Below, one piece after another: positions 19,045-28,564 of a DNA stretch of 64,000 bases (its first letter is position 1; each line of letters starts with the position of its first letter). The DNA lies in the IMG/VR virus record IMGVR_UViG_3300030333_004027, positions 4,087 to 68,086 of that record. One strand, 5' to 3'. The DNA is from a virus. Under the pieces are notes generated by a model, which did not search any database, was not told the origin of the DNA, and worked only from the letters and a program-made list of their open reading frames with translations. The position numbers and the translations under genes are program-made.

Positions 19045-19901
19045 TGGTATTGCATTTGACAGAAGGAGAAACAGATTTCATTTGGCATCAGGAAAATCGC
19101 AAGTATGCTACTGCCCCCGAACCAACAACACTAATAGTCTTTCAACAGAATGAAAGAGGGTTCGCAGCATTTCAGGCGGCTATGGGTATTATTGGCACAA
19201 AAAAACCTGTGTGTAGCATCTTTAACAAACTATTCGATGTTTCCTGTTTCAATAGCGCACCCGAACCTTCGTTTCCTGAGTGGAGACTGTATGAAACATA
19301 CAACGCAGATGGTAAGAGAATGTGGCTACTTAGACTAACTAACACGCACCCCATACCCAAGATGAACCACCAAGACAATACATGGTTGTATACCTATCCC
19401 GTAGTTAGGGATGTTCTCAAACATCTGACACCAAGAGGTATCGACAGTCTAGTTTACATGACTGCCAATCAGATTCAGACTTCGTTGGGTTATGAGAAAG
19501 AAACATACATAAGTCTATACGAGCAACAACTAGCCATCTATGATTATTCTTCTGAAAGGGATGAAGTCACAGACCAAACGTGGACTCCATTTACTAAAGA
19601 CCTAATAACTACCGCGCCATCATGGATATTCTGTCATTTGTTCAAGATTTTTAACCCTAAAGCAAAAATTAATGAATTAGTATTCTGTTCCTGTTCGCAA
19701 ATGGAGTTTGTTGATATGCGAGCAAGAAATACTTTGTTAGATTACCTAGTGGATACCTATAAAGTCGTCATAGATGAAGATGGTAAAGAGCAGATGGATG
19801 AGGTTCAAGATATTCTGTCTGACATAGAGGGTTTGACACAGGCAAAAATACTTGACAGATTGGGACAGACCGAAGGGGGATTTAGTAATGAGTGGGTTTG
19901 A
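19041..19901 (+). CDS. Divergent PAC2-family (PbaA/PbaB-like proteasome chaperone) protein
   Basis: Order and spacing of motifs follow PAC2: TLIV....GFAAFQAA, CSIFNKLF, PEWRLYE, VRDVLKHL..RGIDSLVYM, VDMRARNTLLDYL (compare PDPRAAAAVLEVL) and an acidic C-terminal helix. Recognised by eye only. Confidence 0.55.
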   Translation: MMVLHLTEGETDFIWHQENRKYATAPEPTTLIVFQQNERGFAAFQAAMGIIGTKKPVCSIFNKLFDVSCFNSAPEPSFPEWRLYETYNADGKRMWLLRLTNTHPIPKMNHQDNTWLYTYPVVRDVLKHLTPRGIDSLVYMTANQIQTSLGYEKETYISLYEQQLAIYDYSSERDEVTDQTWTPFTKDLITTAPSWIFCHLFKIFNPKAKINELVFCSCSQMEFVDMRARNTLLDYLVDTYKVVIDEDGKEQMDEVQDILSDIEGLTQAKILDRLGQTEGGFSNEWV

Positions 19902-21201
19902 TGTATTCGATAAGACGCTAGAGTTTGCACAACGCAACTATTATATTGACATAGAGGATAAACTACCTATCTTCCTTTGTTCTATTGGCGGTCATATCTT
20001 TAATGCTATTAATAAGTGTAGCAGATGTGACTTCGACCCCGACAGTCCGTTGGTCGATGAGGAAAATGACTTTATTATTCCTAACTGCCCGTTGCGTCAC
20101 CCGAACCTACCCGTTTATACTCCACATTCACGACTCGCTGACACTCGCATTCACATCATGCTTCGTGGACCAAAAGGTTCAGGTAAATCTATCCTAATAC
20201 TAATGTTCCTAGCCGAAGGTGCTGGACTACTAGAAAGTTCTAATTCTGACATGGGTGTGGGTTTCCGCACTATGTTAGGCCCAAACTCCGTGACCGAGGC
20301 CGGTATGTTTGGTAGCGTTGATGAAGAAGGCAACATTATGGGTCGCCCTCTCGCTAGAGAGTTATGTGGTGGCTTTCTTGGCTTTGAGGAATTTTCCTCA
20401 ATGTCAGATGCTTCCAAGAAAGACCACAGTATGGATATGAAGAACCAACTGCTGACATCTCTTGACAACGGTAGGGTGCAAAAGTCGATGCGAGCAGGGT
20501 GGGTCACATACACTACACGCTACACAGTATGGGCGGGAACACAACCCGCTCGGTTTGAGTTGGATTCCGGTCTTGACCGCCGATTCTTTATCATCGATAT
20601 TGACATGACACCACAGAAAGAAAGGCTATACAAGCAAGCACAACACCGTGCATCAAACATGGCAGTCGATGAAAGAGTAGCGTTGGCTAATTTAGGCATA
20701 GAAATAAAAAATTGGCTTCGCGCTCGCATGGAAACCGCAATCGCAAATCCACCATCGGGTGTTATCTTTGATGATGACATAGGAGAATGGTTAGACCATC
20801 CTACTGTGCGGTCGTTTGAGAGCGACTTGTTCCGCCGTCTTGCTATCGGGTATCACATGATGCAACCGGATTATCACGGTGGGCTGCCTTTGTTGGTGAC
20901 ACTAGACGATAGGCTTAAGTCACTCTTAGACCAATCACTAGCCATGAGAAGGAACGTCATGGATGCAGACATGGAGTTGATACGCTCAACATTTTGGAAG
21001 CAAGACCTACCTAAGTCACAGGTCGTCAAAGAAGTCTCTCGTATGGTGACAAACGGCGATTATCAGTCAGCAAAGAGGTGGATTATGGAAAACCTTGAAG
21101 GACAGTCATGGTATTGGGAGTATGAGCCAAACACAAGCCGAAGAGGTAGGAAGGGAGTATTATGCAGATTTGGACCGGATGCGGGAGATGAGTTAGCATG
21201 A
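19888..21201 (+). CDS. mcm: MCM-like AAA+ ATPase/helicase core lacking the N-terminal domain
   Basis: IHIMLRGPKGSGKS (Walker A), SVTEAGMFG, GGFLGFEEF (Walker B), LDNGRVQKSMRAG (PS1 hairpin), VWAGTQP (sensor 1) and GLDRRF (Arg finger). First ATG at 19888. Confidence 0.8.
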   Translation: MSGFDVFDKTLEFAQRNYYIDIEDKLPIFLCSIGGHIFNAINKCSRCDFDPDSPLVDEENDFIIPNCPLRHPNLPVYTPHSRLADTRIHIMLRGPKGSGKSILILMFLAEGAGLLESSNSDMGVGFRTMLGPNSVTEAGMFGSVDEEGNIMGRPLARELCGGFLGFEEFSSMSDASKKDHSMDMKNQLLTSLDNGRVQKSMRAGWVTYTTRYTVWAGTQPARFELDSGLDRRFFIIDIDMTPQKERLYKQAQHRASNMAVDERVALANLGIEIKNWLRARMETAIANPPSGVIFDDDIGEWLDHPTVRSFESDLFRRLAIGYHMMQPDYHGGLPLLVTLDDRLKSLLDQSLAMRRNVMDADMELIRSTFWKQDLPKSQVVKEVSRMVTNGDYQSAKRWIMENLEGQSWYWEYEPNTSRRGRKGVLCRFGPDAGDELA

Positions 21202-21294
21202 CACCACCATATATTCTCAGGTGTTATATTTGTAATAAAAGACTGTCTTGTTATGAAGATGGAATGGACATTAAAGTAATGAAGTGTGATTGTG

Positions 21295-21642
21295 ATGACT
21301 AATAGGCGGGCAAAGTTTTTCAAGGGCGGAAATAAAATTTGGTGGCCCGCAGTTCGTAATTTTCTAAAGAATAATATCGGTCAATCTTTTACGGCAAAAG
21401 AAATTATAGACCAAGCAACACTAACTACCAAGACTTATTGCACTTACAAGGGAGATAGAGCCAAGTATAACGGCAAACACGTTAGAGAAGATAAAACTAT
21501 GATAAAACTAGTTGATTCTAAAGCGTGTCCGTCAACCGCCGCTTTATCACAGTCTCTTAGGGGGAAGAAAGAAGTTGGTAAGTGGTTTGACGAGCAAAAT
21601 AGATTAACACAGTATTTTTGGAGAGTTGTCGATGAGAAGTGA
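21295..21642 (+). CDS. Winged-helix protein
   Basis: WWPAVRNFL...FTAKEII...CPSTAALSQSLRG...YFW; resembles 31285-31593. Confidence 0.6.
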   Translation: MTNRRAKFFKGGNKIWWPAVRNFLKNNIGQSFTAKEIIDQATLTTKTYCTYKGDRAKYNGKHVREDKTMIKLVDSKACPSTAALSQSLRGKKEVGKWFDEQNRLTQYFWRVVDEK

Positions 21643-22264
21643 GCGTGAGATACTAGAGCGTCTTGCATCAACAAACGATGCCTTTGTTATAGAGGTTCTT
21701 CGATGGGTTCTTGATGGTGATTGCCCGATGTGCAGTCACGGTAAGAGGCGTGAGTTTGAATTAGCGATATACAAAGAAGAATATGGACCTGAGTATCTTG
21801 AGGCTAAATATAATTGGCCGGAAGGAACCGTGACTAACCACATGAACAACCACATTGATTATGACATTACCGAAGCGACCCATATTGAAAACGCACGTTC
21901 CCAATCTATTGACACTCTTGATGCGGCAGAAGATATAGTAAATAGGATTCGCGGCTATCTTGATGAGTTAGAAGAGCAGAAAGAAATTGTAGGGATGAAT
22001 AGTGAGTTTGTTGCAGATGCCGCTAAACTTATCGGTCAAGCAAATAATAGCCTAAAACTAATAGGCCACTTGAAGAAGGAGATAGGAGTTGATTCTCAGT
22101 TGCTTCTAGCACAGGCGCAGATAAACGACATGAGCCGATTACTTGTTGAGGTTCTAGGCAATCACCCCGATTTGCTAGACCAAGTGGAGTTGCGTATGGC
22201 TACTCTAAAGGAACCGATTCTAATACAGGATGCTGATTTCGTAGCAGTCGAAAAATTAGAGTGA
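21632..22264 (+). CDS. Zn-finger/HTH protein with coiled coil (possibly terminase small subunit-like)
   Basis: CPMCSH...LEAKYNWPEGTVTNHMNNH followed by long heptad helices. Confidence 0.55.
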   Translation: MRSEREILERLASTNDAFVIEVLRWVLDGDCPMCSHGKRREFELAIYKEEYGPEYLEAKYNWPEGTVTNHMNNHIDYDITEATHIENARSQSIDTLDAAEDIVNRIRGYLDELEEQKEIVGMNSEFVADAAKLIGQANNSLKLIGHLKKEIGVDSQLLLAQAQINDMSRLLVEVLGNHPDLLDQVELRMATLKEPILIQDADFVAVEKLE

Positions 22265-22304
22265 TTTATAAAGGTAAAAGTAAAAAAAATTTGGGGGAAA
22301 AATT

Positions 22305-22574
22305 TTGTCAAAGACATGGCGTAGTGGACCGAGGCGTTATCTTCACGCACGACCAATATATGAGAAGGACTTTCCTAAACTGATAGATGCTATGAAGCAA
22401 GATAATTTAATGGCAATAATAACTCCGGGCGGTGTGCTATGGTATAGTGGCGGCTACGAAGTGAAGCCATCTTCCGTGCGTGAGGTATGGGGTCTATCCA
22501 AGAATCAGATTACACGACTTAACAACTACATTTATATAAACGACCCATTTATTCAGGATGATAACGATGAGTGA
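22305..22574 (+). CDS. Hypothetical protein
   Basis: 89-aa ORF with TTG start, downstream of TTTATAAA. Confidence 0.55.
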   Translation: MSKTWRSGPRRYLHARPIYEKDFPKLIDAMKQDNLMAIITPGGVLWYSGGYEVKPSSVREVWGLSKNQITRLNNYIYINDPFIQDDNDE

Positions 22575-22980
22575 GGTATATCATAACATAACTCCTATCT
22601 TCATGTGGACTGATAGGAAAAGACTTTTCCGCCATCTATGCAAGACCAAGCCACCACTACCACTCATTCTTAGTTTCTTAGTAGCAAATAGGAAGGATAT
22701 GGAACAAAGTAAGTGGCGTAAGTTAAATGGCATTCTTGATTTGCCTGATGAAATTGCTTACGGTTTGTTATGTGCTATTGTTGAGCCACGCAGACAAAGA
22801 ATAAATTGGCCTAAAAAAAAGTCACAAGCGCCGATTGTTCCTTTGCCGTTTCGTCACGATGATTTTTATTATCGACAAATTATGGAAAATGATATGACAG
22901 TTAGGAACGAGGTAAGACTTAAGAATGAAGAATTACCCAAGTGGCTTAAGAAAACTATGGAAAAGGGTGAGTGGTTGTGA
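22567..22980 (+). CDS. Hypothetical protein
   Basis: Coupled ORF in the replication region. Confidence 0.65.
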   Translation: MSEVYHNITPIFMWTDRKRLFRHLCKTKPPLPLILSFLVANRKDMEQSKWRKLNGILDLPDEIAYGLLCAIVEPRRQRINWPKKKSQAPIVPLPFRHDDFYYRQIMENDMTVRNEVRLKNEELPKWLKKTMEKGEWL

Positions 22981-23171
22981 TGTATATAATTAACACAATA
23001 ATACTTCTTCTTTGTTGGTGGTGGATTGGAAAGGTAATGGATTTATTCACAATACCTATGGCGCATGAAGTGGCATCGCAAGCAGACGGCGATGATACCT
23101 TTGTCAATTCCGCTATGTTCCTTTCAATAGGAACCGAATGACTTATAAACACAAGGGTTATCTTCTTAAGT

Positions 23172-23576
23172 ATGAGCGCCAACAATAAAAGAATCAGAAG
23201 AATCATTGTTGATTTGTTGTTTGAGTTTGGCCCATCGACAAAGGAACGCATGGCTGAATTATTAAATCAAAAGAAAAGTGTCAGAAGCATACCTTCGCCA
23301 CACACTTTATCAGCATTGTTATCAAAGAATCCACAAATAGTAGCAGTAGGTAGTGAGGAAGTTGAAAACGTGGTTGGTATAAAGGCTAAACATCTTATCT
23401 ATGACATTAATCGTAAGTTAATAAAAACTAAGGATGATATAATATACACACGCACGCCTACTATAATGACACCCGCACAAAAAAGGATTTCACAGAAATG
23501 TTCTTGTGGCAGACACAGGGTTTTTCCCGAAGGACACGATAAATGTCTGATATGTATAAGGTCGGAATGTTTATAG
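23172..23576 (+). CDS. DUF3860-like winged-helix protein with a C-terminal zinc ribbon
   Basis: RIRRIIVDLL..GPSTKE...PSPHTLSALLSKNPQIVAVG; CSCG...CLIC. ATG 29 nt after TTATAAAC. Confidence 0.7.
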   Translation: MSANNKRIRRIIVDLLFEFGPSTKERMAELLNQKKSVRSIPSPHTLSALLSKNPQIVAVGSEEVENVVGIKAKHLIYDINRKLIKTKDDIIYTRTPTIMTPAQKRISQKCSCGRHRVFPEGHDKCLICIRSECL

Positions 23577-23598
23577 GCGTGGTTGTGTTAGATACAAC

Positions 23599-23835
23599 AT
23601 GGCAAGTAGGGCAGCAAGCACAACTCATGTTGAGTATGAGTTATTGAATTACATAGGAACGAACATCTATTTAGATGACTTAATGCATCAGATGATACCG
23701 GAAGGCGATGCAGTAGCAGAAAAGCGTTTTATCAAGGGCGCACAGAACATCACTAAGTATCTTCAGAACATGGCAAACCGAAGACTACACAAACTACCTA
23801 AGAACCACCCCGACTTTAGAGGGAAGGATGAGTAA
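23599..23835 (+). CDS. Hypothetical protein
   Basis: ATG 29 nt after TTTATAGGCGTG. Confidence 0.7.
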   Translation: MASRAASTTHVEYELLNYIGTNIYLDDLMHQMIPEGDAVAEKRFIKGAQNITKYLQNMANRRLHKLPKNHPDFRGKDE

Positions 23836-24010
23836 ATTGGGTTATTGGGGAGATTTATTTGAGGCACAGCGTATCGGAGAGGAAAATAAGATGAGTGAAA
23901 AGTGGTATCTTGACCACATGGGAGTCATGGCTTTTTGGCGCACGGTTATGGGTGTAATTAACCTCGCAATTGCAGGTTTAATTGCGCTAAAAGTATTTGA
24001 AGTGATTTAA
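23828..24010 (+). CDS. Small membrane protein
   Basis: C-terminal hydrophobic helix VMGVINLAIAGLIAL. Confidence 0.55.
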   Translation: MSKLGYWGDLFEAQRIGEENKMSEKWYLDHMGVMAFWRTVMGVINLAIAGLIALKVFEVI

Positions 24011-24309
24011 TGTTAACACCAAAGAGCATCAAATGTAAGATGTGCAACACTAGATTCCCTAACCCTATTAGGAAAAAGTCAGGCATAGTGATAGTCACTT
24101 GCGACCCATGCAGACAAAGTATGTTTTCTGCTAAAACTATTCGTAGGCAGAAAAGACAAGCGGCCGCACAGAAGAAAAAGCCGGTTAAGACTACTAAACA
24201 AGCACCAAAGACACGTAAAGTTAAGGTAAAAGAAAGCAAGCCAAAGGAAACCGTGAAGAAAAACCCACAACGAAAGGCTAAAATAACATTAGATTCATTT
24301 AGGAGTTGA
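24010..24309 (+). CDS. Zinc-finger protein with a lysine-rich (histone H1-like) tail
   Basis: CKMC...CDPC followed by a K/P/T-rich tail. Confidence 0.65.
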   Translation: MLTPKSIKCKMCNTRFPNPIRKKSGIVIVTCDPCRQSMFSAKTIRRQKRQAAAQKKKPVKTTKQAPKTRKVKVKESKPKETVKKNPQRKAKITLDSFRS

Positions 24310-24318
24310 GGAAAGTAT

Positions 24319-24672
24319 ATGCTACCCGGAGTTGAAATATCTAATATAATAGAAATGGTGCTAAATACTGACAGAAGTGAGGAAATAAATAGGGTTCTGA
24401 CCGATGCTAATATACAAGAAGCCACTTTCATAAAGAATCTTCTGTGGGTCGCTGCCGACCCCGACTATCAAGAAGGTCAAGACGAAAAGTTAGACGGTAT
24501 TATAGCCGAAAATCCGTTAGACAATCGTTTCTTACAGGGAATAATGACTGCTATTGTTATGATTCTTGCGGCAGAACGACCGTTTTACGTTAACAACCCT
24601 AATCATCTCATACTTGCGAAACTATATGAGGCCGCTAATGCGTTGATGTTAGAGCAATCAACAGGTTTATAG
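24319..24672 (+). CDS. Hypothetical helical protein
   Basis: 117-aa ORF with SD. Confidence 0.65.
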   Translation: MLPGVEISNIIEMVLNTDRSEEINRVLTDANIQEATFIKNLLWVAADPDYQEGQDEKLDGIIAENPLDNRFLQGIMTAIVMILAAERPFYVNNPNHLILAKLYEAANALMLEQSTGL

Positions 24673-24694
24673 GCGTGATATACTACTATATGCT

Positions 24695-25609
24695 ATGGTA
24701 GTATGGAGTGTTAGTCTTAGACCCAAGTTAGATGAGATTATAGGACAAGATGAAGCAAAGGGCTTTCTTACGGATTGCTTGTCAACAGGTGGTGACATTC
24801 CACATCTATTGTTTCATGGTCCCGCAGGCGTAGGTAAGACAAGCATGGCTTACGCTCTTTCTTCTGAAATGGAACAACCGTTGCATATATTCAATGCAAG
24901 TAGCAAGGACACAAGAGGGATAGAGTTTATCGAGCGTGATGTGACACCGATAGCAAGAAGCGGTGTGAATGCTATCATAGTGTTGGATGAAGCAGACCAA
25001 ATAACCAAGTCAGCACAGATGGCACTCAAAGGCGTGTTGGAAAACTGCTCTTGTATCTTTGTTCTAACGTCTAACAACCCAACCGGAATCATAGAGCCGT
25101 TGAAGTCACGTTGTATTTCATTCTCATTCAAACCTATTGGTGATGCAGATGCAAAGCAAGCACTTAATAACATTCTATCCATAGACCCTATGCACCTAAA
25201 GGTTCCTGAATTTATACTTGATAATATAATCGCAAGCCACAAAGGAGACTTGCGTGCTATGGTTAACGCACTACAAGCGTATGTTACTATAGCACAAAAT
25301 CAAGGTAATGCAGAAGCGTTAAAGTTTGTCGAAACCACATTGAACGACCATGTATTTGACACCGATAAGTTTTACAATTATCTTAACGACAAAGATTTTT
25401 CTAGCGCATACAAAACAATGTATGATTTTGGCCGACTTAGAATTGTGCTAAAACAAATTATGAGACATTCCATTGACAATGATGCTGACATGAGGGTTGT
25501 TTCTCATGTCGTCACGGCATTCCGAGACTTACAATTTGGTATGCCTGAAGATGTCGTAGTCGCCGGTTTCTGTAAGAATATGGTGCAGGCGACACCTTTA
25601 TATGCGTGA
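24695..25609 (+). CDS. rfcS: Replication factor C small subunit (clamp loader)
   Basis: W....RP, HLLFHGPAGVGKTS, NAS..TRGI, IVLDEAD, LKSRC and GDLRAMVNALQ motifs. Confidence 0.93.
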   Translation: MVVWSVSLRPKLDEIIGQDEAKGFLTDCLSTGGDIPHLLFHGPAGVGKTSMAYALSSEMEQPLHIFNASSKDTRGIEFIERDVTPIARSGVNAIIVLDEADQITKSAQMALKGVLENCSCIFVLTSNNPTGIIEPLKSRCISFSFKPIGDADAKQALNNILSIDPMHLKVPEFILDNIIASHKGDLRAMVNALQAYVTIAQNQGNAEALKFVETTLNDHVFDTDKFYNYLNDKDFSSAYKTMYDFGRLRIVLKQIMRHSIDNDADMRVVSHVVTAFRDLQFGMPEDVVVAGFCKNMVQATPLYA

Positions 25610-25627
25610 TTGACAAGGAAGTTTTAG

Positions 25628-26806
25628 GTGGCAAGAATGAAAGACACTATGGTTAACAATATGGCAAAGTCGCTCAATGTGAGCGTTGAAGCACTACAAG
25701 AGAAGGCGCAAGAAGTCCTAACACAACAGGGTTCAGCGTGGGAAAAAGCAGGTAAGTCAGCAGACGACTGTGACATCCTAGCACTTAGGGTTGCCGCAAG
25801 GCAAATCAACACGGCTAACGCCGCACTTAGAAGAGCAGGTGCGGAAAGTGTAGCAGGTATGTTCGTTTCCTGTCCACGACCGAAGGAGTGGGGCAAGATA
25901 CTTTACAACAAGATGAAGAATCAACTGACCGGCGCTGACGGTAATGCGGTTCATGCACTAGTCAATAGCGGTGCTATCGTTGTGTTTGAGGACAACCACG
26001 ATGGAACCTACGCTAGAATGGCTATGGAAGAGTTTGGTGGCGATGGCACAGTATCAGAATTGCCTAGACACACTATGCGACTAGATGAGAACACTCACTT
26101 CTATGTAGTGTGGGACAAGAGCAACCCCACCTTCCCATCCGGTGACGCTAACTTCAAGTATGGTAAGCCGCGACCACAGGATGAGAGGGAACGCACTTCA
26201 CTATTCCTTACGACAGAAGGTAAACTACTAACTGTCAAGGCACAGGGTAATGCTGCTGACATTCAGCACGATACTTTTACGCCGGGAACCATACCACTTA
26301 AGTTGGGTGCTAATGGAACGACTGCTTATTGCAGACCAAATGTTTCGGTGCTAACGGCCGATGACAGTCTCACAAGCAAATTCCCACAGTCACCGCTTGA
26401 TATGGTGAAGGGAGATACACTACCATTTGATTACCTAGATAGTGTTGATGCTCTAGTCGCTTACTATGATGAACACAATGGTAAAGACGGTTGGTGGGAT
26501 AGAATGGTTGCCGTATCAACGGAAGTCATTCACATTGACCCACGCGATAACGGTGGTATGGTGCTAGTCTGTGCAGACCTAGACATGGCATCCGCCGCAC
26601 CAACCATTGACGTTTACGTTGACGGTTCGGTTGACTTCGCCGTAGGAACAAAGTGCCTACTTGTCGGACAGACATGGAGAACACAAGAGGATGAGCAAAG
26701 ACTTAGCGTTGCGGGTTGGTGGGCTTACGATGTTATCGAAGCAGAAAAGACTCAGCAACCGTTGTTTGACGATGATATGACTATCGAACAGGAGTATGGA
26801 TACTGA
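25628..26806 (+). CDS. Putative RPA-like ssDNA-binding protein
   Basis: Helical N-terminus, predicted OB-like beta domains, acidic C-terminal tail; lies between RFC and a recombinase-like ATPase. Confidence 0.55.
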   Translation: MARMKDTMVNNMAKSLNVSVEALQEKAQEVLTQQGSAWEKAGKSADDCDILALRVAARQINTANAALRRAGAESVAGMFVSCPRPKEWGKILYNKMKNQLTGADGNAVHALVNSGAIVVFEDNHDGTYARMAMEEFGGDGTVSELPRHTMRLDENTHFYVVWDKSNPTFPSGDANFKYGKPRPQDERERTSLFLTTEGKLLTVKAQGNAADIQHDTFTPGTIPLKLGANGTTAYCRPNVSVLTADDSLTSKFPQSPLDMVKGDTLPFDYLDSVDALVAYYDEHNGKDGWWDRMVAVSTEVIHIDPRDNGGMVLVCADLDMASAAPTIDVYVDGSVDFAVGTKCLLVGQTWRTQEDEQRLSVAGWWAYDVIEAEKTQQPLFDDDMTIEQEYGY

Positions 26807-27783
26807 TGTCAGCGTGGGGAAAGGTGGATAATTCCACGGTAAAAGAAACTGCACCCGCAGTCCCTAAGATTGTATACAACAGGGATTACTACGCTAATCT
26901 GTTCAACAGTCAAAGGGCTACCCATAACGAAGGCCGCTACGCTTTAGTGGGGCATGAGAACACCTGCAAGACAGGACTCGCTTGCTATCTGCTTGAGCCT
27001 GAGATAGAATCAGGTAAGACTATCTATGTTTTAGATGTGGATAACTCCGCTATGTCAACTATTGGCGACCTGTATCCTGACAAGGAGAACATCATTGTTC
27101 TTCCCCTGCTTGATGAGATGGATGACTCTATCTTCAATGAAGACAATAGCGTAAACTACCTACAACTGATTGAGAAGACAAAGTATTTCATCAATGTGAT
27201 TGCAGATTCCATCAAGGAAGGTGCAGAAGTAGGCGGTGTTATCTTTGACGGCGGTTCGACTTTCCTAAAGTGGTGCGAGTTTGCTATGAGAGCGGCACTA
27301 CTACGCAAGGGCGTTATCGAGGAAGAGTCTGACACCTTCAATCAGAAGGAGTGGCGAGAGCGCAACAAGTTAAACCGTGACGTTCTTGATAGACTTCACG
27401 CACTACCCGTTGGTAAGATATTCAACACCTTCCACTTGAAGGCCGTTCAACAGTATATGAACGATGGAACCGGTAAGAAGGTTCTAATGACTGTGGGCGA
27501 AAGACCTGATTGGGAGAAGGGAACGATGCGCCGATTCTCTCAGCAGATATTCCTATCTCGCTTTATGAAGAAGGCAGACGAAGCCGCCGGAGTCAAGGGC
27601 GACCGAACCCTACAAGACGGCGAGTGGTGTGTCAAGGCTACCATCGAAGAGATGAAGGGCAAATACATCGAGTTTGTAGGACAGACACATACGATTCTAA
27701 CAGTAAAAGACGGGAAGGCTACATGGTTTGGTCTTCCGTTCTTGCGGAGTGATTTAGATGACACTAAGAATACAAAAGAATGA
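26806..27783 (+). CDS. RecA-superfamily (Sak4/AAA_24-like) ATPase
   Basis: ALVGHENTCKTG (Walker A variant), YVLDVD, VIFDGGS (Walker B), IFNTFH. Confidence 0.75.
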   Translation: MSAWGKVDNSTVKETAPAVPKIVYNRDYYANLFNSQRATHNEGRYALVGHENTCKTGLACYLLEPEIESGKTIYVLDVDNSAMSTIGDLYPDKENIIVLPLLDEMDDSIFNEDNSVNYLQLIEKTKYFINVIADSIKEGAEVGGVIFDGGSTFLKWCEFAMRAALLRKGVIEEESDTFNQKEWRERNKLNRDVLDRLHALPVGKIFNTFHLKAVQQYMNDGTGKKVLMTVGERPDWEKGTMRRFSQQIFLSRFMKKADEAAGVKGDRTLQDGEWCVKATIEEMKGKYIEFVGQTHTILTVKDGKATWFGLPFLRSDLDDTKNTKE

Positions 27784-28564
27784 GTTAACAGACCTACTAA
27801 AGAAGGCGCAGCGAAAGACCGTTCATGGTCCTTTGGTTGAGTCTTGTATTCTAAGTCACAATGGCGAGCAAACTTTGGATATTGTATCCCTTGTTAAAGA
27901 CGGCGTTTCAAGTGTCGCAAAGTTTACGGTAAAAGTAAATGGCAACGCGCAAGAAATACCGATACCAAACATAACTGATTTGTTAGGTGTGTTAAAGTAT
28001 CACGGTCAGACAGTAATTTTAGACTATGACGATAATAATAGGCTAAAAGTAAAGTCAGGCAGTAAGACTACTACTATCACCGCAAGCCGTGATGCTATCG
28101 CTTATTCTTCTTCACCCGAAAGTATAGATGTATGGCATAGTCATTCTATCAAGATAGCACACAAGATAAATACAGAAACAATGTCATATGAGAGCGCAAA
28201 TGGAACGATAGCATCCTACTTTGTAATAGTAGCAGACTCCACGGATTTGTTTGAGGCTTTGCGTTGCGATGGTATGAACGGCAAGAAGACAGGAAAGTAT
28301 AAGTTTATCTTCGATGCTGATGGCTTCCATATAGAAACAGGCACGGAATTGAAAGGGCTGACTAGGGCTACAATCAATGAGTATGACGTTGGTAAACACA
28401 CAATGTGCTTTGAGGGCGGTCTTGAGGAATTGATGAAAGTAGTGATGGGAGAAGTTGAATTGGGTTTCCTACACTTTACTGAAAGAAAGGGGGCCGCAGG
28501 TGAATGGGGTCTTATCATCTCTATGGATGAAGATTTCGTATTCCAAACATCGGTGATAGCATGA
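27758..28564 (+). CDS. Divergent PCNA-like sliding clamp
   Basis: 268 aa with a two-domain beta-alpha-beta repeat pattern; directly before PolB and near RFC. Confidence 0.6.
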   Translation: MTLRIQKNELTDLLKKAQRKTVHGPLVESCILSHNGEQTLDIVSLVKDGVSSVAKFTVKVNGNAQEIPIPNITDLLGVLKYHGQTVILDYDDNNRLKVKSGSKTTTITASRDAIAYSSSPESIDVWHSHSIKIAHKINTETMSYESANGTIASYFVIVADSTDLFEALRCDGMNGKKTGKYKFIFDADGFHIETGTELKGLTRATINEYDVGKHTMCFEGGLEELMKVVMGEVELGFLHFTERKGAAGEWGLIISMDEDFVFQTSVIA

